Assembly: GCA_048882505.1 (NCBI GenBank)
Contig: JBHLRO010000034.1
Location: forward strand, 1 to 9,350
Origin: Candidatus Thorarchaeota archaeon
GTDB taxonomy: Archaea > Asgardarchaeota > Heimdallarchaeia > Hodarchaeales > Hodarchaeaceae
DNA length: 9,350 nucleotides
Reading direction: 5' to 3'
Shown: positions 1 to 6,182 of the stretch, piece by piece
How positions within the stretch are numbered: the first letter of the stretch is position 1
How the letters are laid out: every line of letters begins with the position of its first letter
Notes under the pieces: generated by a model
Database searches by the model: none
What the model was told of the DNA's origin: nothing
Seen by the model: only the letters and a program-made list of their open reading frames with translations
Program-made: the position numbers and the translations under genes

Positions 1-1290
1 TTGAACAAATTCATCATCTCCGTCATTATTTAGGAAGATTTCGAATTCTGCCCCCAAGTAGGGGGTAAGTTTGGCTCGATTAAGTTGCGTCTTTACTCTA
101 CCCCTAATTTTCTTGGGGAGCTTATCAATGAGGTCATTTGCTGATGACCAGATCTGGTTTAGTAGATCGTAAAGGCCTAGAGTTTTGCTAAGTGTAATTC
201 TAACTCGAAAATTCCAGTCGATAACTTCAATTCGCTCAAATGGCTCAGTAATTATTCTTAAGGTAAAGTCTGCTCCCCCTTCCACTGTAATCGATCCTCC
301 TATCAGCGCTTCTATCACTGTACCTATGAATCCTGAATCTTGCGTGGAAAAATCTACAGAAATACTGCCGATCAACTCATCATCACTAACGGGAGTTACA
401 GAGTACTCCCAGAATGTTCCCACAATAGTTGAAACCCCTTCTTTAACAAAACCATAGGCTTTTCCAAACGTATCTGTAACTGCTGAAACATAGGTTTTTC
501 CAAGCTCTAACGTAAATGCTCCACTCGGCTTTAGCAACTTCTCCCATATCCAATCTAACACATCATCTATCCATTCACCCACAGGTCCAGGCTGTGATGA
601 ATTTTCCGGTATCGTGTGTGCGATGTAAGTGGGCAATGGCTCAATCGGCATAAGATATCTAACAATTAGGTCGGCGATATCCGTCTCAATGAGCTTAAGC
701 GTATTCAACAAGATTTTTTCAGCAGCAACTCTCTTTTCATCGGTACTGTCCATCATGAGAGAGGATAATGTGAAAAGAGCGTCAATCATCAAAACATTTC
801 CATCTTTTTCTCCTTCAACTGTAAAGAGAACTTTGGTAATATCGGCAAATTTAACAATATTCTCAGAATGACAAGTCACAAAGAGATGTTGAGACGAATA
901 AGACTTATTCACTACGTTTGCTACGTCTATCCATGGAATGTGTGAATCCGGAGTTGATATCCCATTTTTATCACCATGAAAAAAATAAACTATAGCCCAG
1001 GCTGAAATCATCATATTTGAATACAGTTCTTTCGAGGAATCTATAGAACGCTTCTCGATTGAGGAATAACTGACACGAACCATATCAACGTAATTGTTTA
1101 CTAATTGTTGAACATAAGGATCTGTGGCATCGTAAAGTACGATTATATTCTTTTTATTGACATTGTCAGATATTGGATGCCCTGAGTTAGCTAATACCTC
1201 TAATGTCCCGCCAATATTGGTACCAAATAAAATAATCATAACTAATATGCTTTTAATCATTCTGGAGTGGGGGGTCGCTATATTTTTCAT
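1..1290 (-). CDS. Probable secreted/membrane-anchored protein (>=430 aa, 3' end beyond the window) with an N-terminal caspase/gingipain-like (clan CD) His-Cys domain and a beta-rich C-terminal region
   Basis: Hand translation from ATG at 1290 gives 430 codons with no stop (MKNIATPHSRMIKSILVMIILFGTNIGG...FEIFLNNDGDDEFVQ). GGAG lies 4 nt upstream. Basic N-terminus plus hydrophobic stretch ILVMIILFG is signal-peptide-like. Motifs AIVYFFHG (H105) and HLFVTCHS (C140). The CDS is well supported; the protease call is inference. Confidence 0.88.
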   Translation of the reverse strand, partial: MKNIATPHSRMIKSILVMIILFGTNIGGTLEVLANSGHPISDNVNKKNIIVLYDATDPYVQQLVNNYVDMVRVSYSSIEKRSIDSSKELYSNMMISAWAIVYFFHGDKNGISTPDSHIPWIDVANVVNKSYSSQHLFVTCHSENIVKFADITKVLFTVEGEKDGNVLMIDALFTLSSLMMDSTDEKRVAAEKILLNTLKLIETDIADLIVRYLMPIEPLPTYIAHTIPENSSQPGPVGEWIDDVLDWIWEKLLKPSGAFTLELGKTYVSAVTDTFGKAYGFVKEGVSTIVGTFWEYSVTPVSDDELIGSISVDFSTQDSGFIGTVIEALIGGSITVEGGADFTLRIITEPFERIEVIDWNFRVRITLSKTLGLYDLLNQIWSSANDLIDKLPKKIRGRVKTQLNRAKLTPYLGAEFEIFLNNDGDDEFVQ

Positions 1291-1311
1291 TTTTCTCCAA
1301 CATTTATGCCG

Positions 1312-1319
1312 AATTATAA
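1312..1319 (-). promoter_or_regulatory. TATA-like box (TTATAATT) for the 1..1290 gene
   Basis: 21 nt upstream of ATG 1290; similar spacing recurs at other genes in the window. Confidence 0.35.
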
Positions 1320-1432
1320 GAAAAAAAAAGATTACATTGAGTCTGAAGATGCTCTAGAACCCGTTTCTGTCTATAGCCGCTATATAAAAACAGCTTTGTG
1401 ATTATCGTAGCTTGGATTAAAGACCGCTGAGA

Positions 1433-1770
1433 ATGAACGATTACATGAAAGCTGCTTTTCAAGAAGCACGATTAGGTTACAAAGAAAAAGGAATTCCCCC
1501 TGGATAGGTATTAGTCCTAAATAGGAAAATCATTGGTCGTGGAAGAAACCAGCTTCATCAAAAGGAAGTGTAATTCTTTATGCCGGAATCGACGCGATTG
1601 AGAATGCAGGAAGACTATCTTCATGAAAATCTCGAGAGTCGTTATTGCTGATAAGGGGAGCATCCTGGGAGCCAAGGTTTCCTGAAATCCCATGGAGTAA
1701 TCCCAGACTATCAAAATAGCAAAGAATACAAGGAATTACCAAAAAAAGCATCGAGTAGGTTAATGGATAT
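1433..1770 (+). pseudogene. Degraded yeast-type (FCY1/TadA-CDA superfamily) cytosine/nucleoside deaminase; end coordinate approximate
   Basis: Frames join to give MNDYMKAAFQEARLGYKEKGIPPG*VLVLNRKIIGRGRNQLHQ / KGSVILYAGIDAIENAGRLSS / KISRVVIADKGSILGA / GFLKSHGV...KEYKEL. Lesions: in-frame TAG at 1505-1507, frameshifts near 1561 and 1674, HAE changed to YAG, PCxxC segment absent. Confidence 0.8.
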
Positions 1771-1822
1771 TCCACCATTATTTTTGACCCGATATTTGGA
1801 TAATTTAGGCGGGACAGTTTCT

Positions 1823-2605
1823 TCAAAATAGTTGCCCAAGATAGAGTTCTGTTTTGTATTCAAATTTGACTTTTCCATCGATTTGGTGTCGTTTAAAGAT
1901 GGATTTCAATTCTTGAATGAGATCGGGAAACCTCGGATGCTCCTCGGAAGGTAAATATGAGACGGTTCGAATTCTCCCTTCTAAACCTAGATAATCGAAG
2001 ATCTGATGGGTCGGAAGTGTGACTTTTTTGTATAAATTGGGAGAAAAAAGGATGTCAACGGGGTCATCTTCGCCTGAGATCCGTGCTACTTCCTTATAGT
2101 CAATTCCGAATCTGGTGATCAGTTCTTCAATTTCTCTCATGAAAAAAGAATTATTTTGATCACGAGAATTCCAAGCAAGAAAAACATAGCCCGGAGGTTC
2201 TAAAATCCGTTTAAACTCGTCTTTTGCACGCTCTACCTCAAACCAATGAAAGGCCTGTCCAGCAGTAATCAAATTAACACTGCGATTCTTGAGAGTTGTA
2301 GATTCTGCTGTACCATTAATATTTCTGAACTGTTTGCCATAGCCTGTCAAATTAGTCTCAGCGATTTTTCTCATTTCATTATTTGGTTCTACACAAAATA
2401 CTGTATTACCATTCTTCAAAAATACTTCCGAAAGAATTCCAGTCCCAGAACCAAGGTCAGCAATTATCCAAGAGGGTTTCAGCCCGATCTCGGCTTTTAG
2501 TAGCTTTAAGACTTTGATTGGGTACCTTGGGCGGTATATATGATAAAATCTTGCCTTATCAGAAAAACGTTTTGTAGGTCTAAACCCAGATTTGCTCCGT
2601 CTCAT
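1823..2605 (-). CDS. Class I SAM-dependent methyltransferase (Methyltransf_11-like), 260 aa
   Basis: Motif I IIADLGSGTGILS, VEPN after beta-2, LITAGQAFHWF and N-terminal FSDKA..Y...RPRYP, all typical of this small-molecule methyltransferase family. Confidence 0.92.
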   Translation of the reverse strand: MRRSKSGFRPTKRFSDKARFYHIYRPRYPIKVLKLLKAEIGLKPSWIIADLGSGTGILSEVFLKNGNTVFCVEPNNEMRKIAETNLTGYGKQFRNINGTAESTTLKNRSVNLITAGQAFHWFEVERAKDEFKRILEPPGYVFLAWNSRDQNNSFFMREIEELITRFGIDYKEVARISGEDDPVDILFSPNLYKKVTLPTHQIFDYLGLEGRIRTVSYLPSEEHPRFPDLIQELKSIFKRHQIDGKVKFEYKTELYLGQLF

Positions 2606-2628
2606 TTATCAGTCTCTTTTCATCAAGC

Positions 2629-2636
2629 AATTAAAA
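2629..2636 (-). promoter_or_regulatory. TATA-like box (TTTTAATT) for the methyltransferase
   Basis: 23 nt upstream of ATG 2605; no convincing Shine-Dalgarno in between. Confidence 0.4.
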
Positions 2637-2673
2637 CCATAGATATCTTCAGTATTATAGATACTCGGAGGGC

Positions 2674-3099
2674 CTAGATTTGAGGAGAATTCGTTTCTTT
2701 CATGTATTTCACGGATTCAATAGCCAACTGCTTAAGCCTTTCTTTGTTAACATCAGAAAGTCGTTTGATATACAAGCAGGATTTGCCTGTTTTATATTTC
2801 CCTAAATCTTGTAGTAAGTCTTCATATCTTGCAAATCCTGACATGATATATAGGGCGAGATTTTGTTTTCGGGGAGAGAATCCTATTAAAAACCATTCTC
2901 CTTCGTGTCCACTCTTATATTTATACTGATATTCGCCAAATCCCACAATGCTGTTTCCCCACATCCTGGGTGCTTCCTGAGTTACATCCTCCATTAGCTT
3001 TAGAATTTCATGGCAATCATTACAACGAACCGGATCAGTTACAGAGTTAATAAATTCCTCAACGCTCTGATGACTTTTCTTAGTTTTTAATTCAGGCAT
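2674..3099 (-). CDS. DUF1801 (YdhG-like) domain protein, 141 aa
   Basis: Family-typical segments ELKTK...SVEEFI, MWGNSIVGFGEYQYKYKSGHEGEWFLIGFSPRKQNLALY and LGKYKTGKSCLYIKRLSDV. Confidence 0.9.
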   Translation of the reverse strand: MPELKTKKSHQSVEEFINSVTDPVRCNDCHEILKLMEDVTQEAPRMWGNSIVGFGEYQYKYKSGHEGEWFLIGFSPRKQNLALYIMSGFARYEDLLQDLGKYKTGKSCLYIKRLSDVNKERLKQLAIESVKYMKETNSPQI

Positions 3100-3121
3100 A
3101 GATTTGTCAGCTAGGTGTGAG

Positions 3122-3128
3122 TATAAAA
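3122..3128 (-). promoter_or_regulatory. TATA-like box (TTTTATA) for the DUF1801 gene
   Basis: 22 nt upstream of ATG 3099; no Shine-Dalgarno, consistent with a leaderless archaeal-type transcript. Confidence 0.45.
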
Positions 3129-3290
3129 TGCTTTTCTTCCATCTATCAGAGCGATGTTTGAAATATCCTGCCCTGAAGATATTACCGTTTCTAATATTCC
3201 TTGAAAGAAAGAATTGCTACAAGAAGAAATACTGGAGAAAAATCTATTAAGAAATTTGAGAAGCCGAGTCGTAGAGTCAAAAAACTGCTA

Positions 3291-3295
3291 GAGGA
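3291..3295 (+). promoter_or_regulatory. Ribosome-binding site (GAGGA) for the TIR gene
   Basis: GAGGA ends 6 nt before ATG 3302, favouring it over the TTG at 3299. Confidence 0.5.
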
Positions 3296-3301
3296 AATTT
3301 G

Positions 3302-3835
3302 ATGAGGAAAAAATATCGTGTTTTCGTAAGCTATCACCATGAGAATGATGAAGACTATAAGAAACGATTTGAAGAAAAAGGGGGAAGTATCGTTGTTTCA
3401 AAACAAAACCAGACCGAAGACATTGATTCCCATTCTGAAATGGAAGCAATTATCGCAAAAATTAGAGACAAATATCTAAGAGATTCAACGGTAACAATTG
3501 TTCTTATAGGAAAAGAAACATGGAAGCAAAAACAGATTGATTGGGAGATTGCTGCAAGTATTCAGAAGATACAGGAAATTCCCCGATCCGGCCTTATGGG
3601 TCTCATTCTTCCAACGCATCCCAACTTCTCTGGTAAAAAGGTTGAACCTTTTCTTATCCCCCCGCGATTATATGATAATATTGCGAATCGATATGCTAGA
3701 ATCTACCATTGGACAGAAAAACTCTCATCCATTCAATCATGGATTCATGCAGCGGTTCGTCGTAAAGAAAGAAAAGAACCTGATAATTCTAGGCCACTAT
3801 TTAGAAAGAATTATTCTGGATCTAGATGGGAATAA
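3302..3835 (+). CDS. thsB: TIR-domain protein of the Thoeris ThsB / MTH538 (DUF1863) type, 177 aa
   Basis: RVFVSYHHEND (beta-A), IRDKYLRDSTVTIVLIGKET, IDWEIAAS with putative catalytic Glu82, GLMGLILP and IPPRLYDN. The ORF track starts 3 nt earlier at TTG. Symbol denotes family only; no thsA is present. Confidence 0.9.
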   Translation: MRKKYRVFVSYHHENDEDYKKRFEEKGGSIVVSKQNQTEDIDSHSEMEAIIAKIRDKYLRDSTVTIVLIGKETWKQKQIDWEIAASIQKIQEIPRSGLMGLILPTHPNFSGKKVEPFLIPPRLYDNIANRYARIYHWTEKLSSIQSWIHAAVRRKERKEPDNSRPLFRKNYSGSRWE

Positions 3836-3915
3836 TCAATTATCCGCAAATTGAAAATGAATGAGAACCCTGGATAATATCTTAATTGAGAAAACCGTTG
3901 ACAGTAAAGAATAAT

Positions 3916-4323
3916 CTAGATCAAGGTTCCTTCGGGAATGAGGGGCGCCAAATACAACCCAAAAACGATCTGAGTTATAATCGCGACAATTAACGCAAGA
4001 AAGAAGCTCAGTAATGTACCAATTAGATAATATTCGGCAAAATGTCGGTTTTCTAGCTGTTTGAAGCGGGCCATAGATTTGGCCGCAAAGACAAACGAAA
4101 TCGCGCCATATTCTCCTAACAACCCAAAAGTGAGAACTATGGCCCGTTCTGTCATACCTACAAGCGTTCCTGCTCTAGGCAGGCCCCCGTTCAGACCTAT
4201 TTCAGGAGATACTTTCAAAAGTCTTAGAAAAAAGCCAACAAAGAGAACCCCACCAAATACTACGACAATGTAGGCCCCAATTACAAGCAATCCAATAGTG
4301 ATAAGTAATGAAGTTTCGATCAT
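3916..4323 (-). CDS. Integral membrane protein of the type encoded downstream of satD (DUF3307-associated C-terminal signature), 135 aa
   Basis: About 3-4 hydrophobic segments; signature AG.LVG..ER...AAKSMARF..L...FAEYYLIGTLLS. Its ATG overlaps the satD stop (ATGA, 4320-4323). Confidence 0.82.
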   Translation of the reverse strand: MIETSLLITIGLLVIGAYIVVVFGGVLFVGFFLRLLKVSPEIGLNGGLPRAGTLVGMTERAIVLTFGLLGEYGAISFVFAAKSMARFKQLENRHFAEYYLIGTLLSFFLALIVAIITQIVFGLYLAPLIPEGTLI

Positions 4324-4955
4324 ATGGCGTCCTCCAATCGTTCAAAGAATGTGAAAATCACATCATTCAGAGTGTCAGTTGCAAAGGAGACCGCTGACCA
4401 CCCAGCCGTTTTAAGTGTCTTGTTAACCGCCTGCTTAGTAATTCCTTTGACTTTGCCAATGGCATCATATATCATTCCTTGGCGTCTAAGATGGATAATC
4501 TCCTTTTGGTGAGTGGTCCATCTGCTTTTTACAACATAAAACAAAATTAGTACTGTGTTGACCATTCTATCGAGCTGATTATTCCCAGACTGAACCCAAA
4601 CATGATAGTTATTCTTCTCTGCTATCTGGAGAGCCAATTTCGAGTTATGAAAAGCGGGGCCGTCCATTTCCATCACATTAGGAGAAAAACTAGTTGAAAT
4701 TATCCCAATCCCTATTCCAATACGAAAAGCTACTGGAATTTTCTCTTCGAGTGTTTCTATGATATTATAGAAACCCTTGAGAGAGCTGAGAGCACCTTGA
4801 AAGGAATCTCCCCAAACAATGACAAAAGGACACAAAATTTGGTCTGACAACTTCGTGTTGATGTACTCTAATGCTATTTTAATTTCCTGTTGAATCTCTA
4901 ATCGGTTTGGAACTTTTCTTGAATGCACAATATCAGCGGTTAGAATGAAATACAT
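4320..4955 (-). CDS. satD: SatD family protein (nucleotide-cyclase-like domain + C-terminal HTH), 211 aa
   Basis: YFILTADIVHSR, WGDSFQG, FRIGIGIG.I, MDGPAFH, and C-terminal WTTHQKEII...IGKVKGITKQAVNKTLK HTH. Start moved from 4997 to ATG 4955, which matches the family N-terminus and is preceded by AAGGTTGA. Confidence 0.9.
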   Translation of the reverse strand: MYFILTADIVHSRKVPNRLEIQQEIKIALEYINTKLSDQILCPFVIVWGDSFQGALSSLKGFYNIIETLEEKIPVAFRIGIGIGIISTSFSPNVMEMDGPAFHNSKLALQIAEKNNYHVWVQSGNNQLDRMVNTVLILFYVVKSRWTTHQKEIIHLRRQGMIYDAIGKVKGITKQAVNKTLKTAGWSAVSFATDTLNDVIFTFFERLEDAI

Positions 4956-4972
4956 TTGTTCAACCTTGCTAT

Positions 4973-5063
4973 GTTTACTCACTATAATCAACCTCAATGA
5001 GTTTACTTTAGCAAGTCAATCTTAAAAAGTTTACTCTATCATAATCAACTATAGAAGGTTTAC
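4973..5063. repeat. Four GTTTAC direct repeats at 28/28/29-bp spacing upstream of satD
   Basis: GTTTAC starts at 4973, 5001, 5029 and 5058. The first three are followed 9-10 nt later by TCAA(C/T); ATAATCAAC occurs at 4984 and 5041. Confidence 0.7.
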
Positions 5064-5217
5064 AACGAAAGAGTTTGAAATCCTTGAAGATCTGCAAAAG
5101 AGGCCCGATAACAAGGTTATAGCGAGCGGTCCAGAAATTGGAACATAATGCTGGGATGTAGGAGTGGTCATCAAACTATCTTATTTTTTCTTCCTCCCGA
5201 ATTTCAAAATGAAGAAC

Positions 5218-5226
5218 ATAAATAAA
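5218..5226 (+). promoter_or_regulatory. TATA-like box (ATAAATAAA) for the dioxygenase
   Basis: 29 nt upstream of ATG 5256 and overlapping the alternative ATG 5226. Confidence 0.3.
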
Positions 5227-5255
5227 TGCTTAACAAGGGAACTTTAGAGCTTCTC

Positions 5256-6086
5256 ATGGTAAATAAAGACGTTTTACCTTCTATTTATATTGGCCACGGC
5301 AGTCCTACCAATGCTATTGAAACAGGAAAGTATCAAACTGATGTAGCACAGTATGCATCTAGCATTGACGATATATCGGCAATTGTAGCCGTGTCCGCGC
5401 ATTGGGAACAATATATTCCCCTGCAAATTACGAGTGCTTCAATCCCAGGTGTGATTTATGATTTCTATGGCTTTCCAGATGAAATGTATCGCCTGGAATA
5501 TAATGCACCAGGAAATCCCAAACTTGCCATAAGGATTGCTAGGATGCTAAAATCCAAGGGGTGGGAAACAACTCTTAATTCCCAGCAAGGACTTGATCAC
5601 GGAACATGGGTTCCATTGCGGTTAATGTATCCGGAAGCAGACATTCCAGTCCTTCAATTGTCAATCCCAATTCCTCGTAGCCCAGAAAACATGTTTAAGA
5701 TTGGAGCTATCCTTAGCCCACTTCGAGAGGAGGGCATTTTATTCATGGGTAGCGGAAATCTCATCCATAATTTGCCCTATGTAATGTACCAGCTGCGTCA
5801 AGGGAAACTAGATCCCTCCGCTTTAACCTCAAGTGGTCCCGTTGATGACTGGGCACAAGAAACGGATGAATGGATCAAAGAGAGGCTAGATAACTTAGAA
5901 GTGGACAGATTATTACAGGCTCCCGAAAAAGCACCCAATTTCAAGATGGCCGCACCGACAACTGAACATTTTGACCCAATTTACTTTGTGTTGGGGACCT
6001 TACGAGCGGGCGAAACAGTGCATAATTTTCATGAAGGGATCCAAGCTGGAAGCCTTTCTATGCGGTCTTTTGCTTTAGAGGCATGA
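5256..6086 (+). CDS. DODA-type / LigB class III extradiol ring-cleavage dioxygenase (YgiD-like), 276 aa; alternative start 5226
   Basis: PSIYIGHGSP, VSAHWE, IYDFYGFP..MY...Y.APG.P.LA, GLDHGTWVPL..MYP.ADIPVLQLS, GSGNLIHNL, APTTEHFDP; the three metal-binding His are retained. Confidence 0.93.
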   Translation: MVNKDVLPSIYIGHGSPTNAIETGKYQTDVAQYASSIDDISAIVAVSAHWEQYIPLQITSASIPGVIYDFYGFPDEMYRLEYNAPGNPKLAIRIARMLKSKGWETTLNSQQGLDHGTWVPLRLMYPEADIPVLQLSIPIPRSPENMFKIGAILSPLREEGILFMGSGNLIHNLPYVMYQLRQGKLDPSALTSSGPVDDWAQETDEWIKERLDNLEVDRLLQAPEKAPNFKMAAPTTEHFDPIYFVLGTLRAGETVHNFHEGIQAGSLSMRSFALEA

Positions 6087-6149
6087 CAAGTGATATCCTT
6101 CAGTGCTCACGATCATTATTTGATAACTCTAACACGTCCCCTGATTAGG

Positions 6150-6157
6150 TAAATATA
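6150..6157 (+). promoter_or_regulatory. TATA-like box (TAAATATA) for the MFS gene
   Basis: 25 nt upstream of ATG 6183; no Shine-Dalgarno. Confidence 0.4.
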
Positions 6158-6182
6158 CAGATTCTAGGTTGCGCTTCTTGAC

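Noticed and set aside
185-1357. Plus-strand ORFs 185..457, 629..871 and 1157..1357
   Set aside because: Antisense shadows of the long 1..1290 minus-strand CDS; no recognisable motifs.
1517-1826. Minus-strand ORFs 1517..1714 and 1578..1826
   Set aside because: Antisense to the deaminase pseudogene, whose plus-strand homology explains the region.
3128-3291. 40-codon ORF (3128..3250) and a purine-rich stop-interrupted frame upstream of the TIR gene
   Set aside because: No RBS or recognisable motif, and not in frame with the TIR, so no support for a lost N-terminal domain or thsA remnant.
1-3835. Type IV Thoeris (TIR + caspase-like effector) formed by the TIR gene and the His-Cys protein
   Set aside because: The protease-like protein has a signal-peptide-like N-terminus, no recognisable nucleotide-sensing domain, and lies 2 kb away on the opposite strand behind three unrelated genes.
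3839-3878. ATTATCC/GGATAAT inverted repeat after the TIR stop as a terminator
   Set aside because: 7-bp AT-rich arms with a 26-nt loop and no U-tract; plausible by chance.
2246-4512. Short ORFs 2246..2500, 2702..2929, 3537..3854, 4061..4273 and 4324..4512
   Set aside because: All overlap well-supported genes on the opposite strand or in another frame, with no family features.
4956-4997. N-terminal 14-aa extension of SatD from the ORF track
   Set aside because: The family N-terminus matches ATG 4955, and the extension overlaps the repeat/promoter region.
4973-5063. CRISPR mini-array
   Set aside because: Conserved core is only 6-8 bp and the 28-bp period is far too short for repeat plus spacer; no cas genes.
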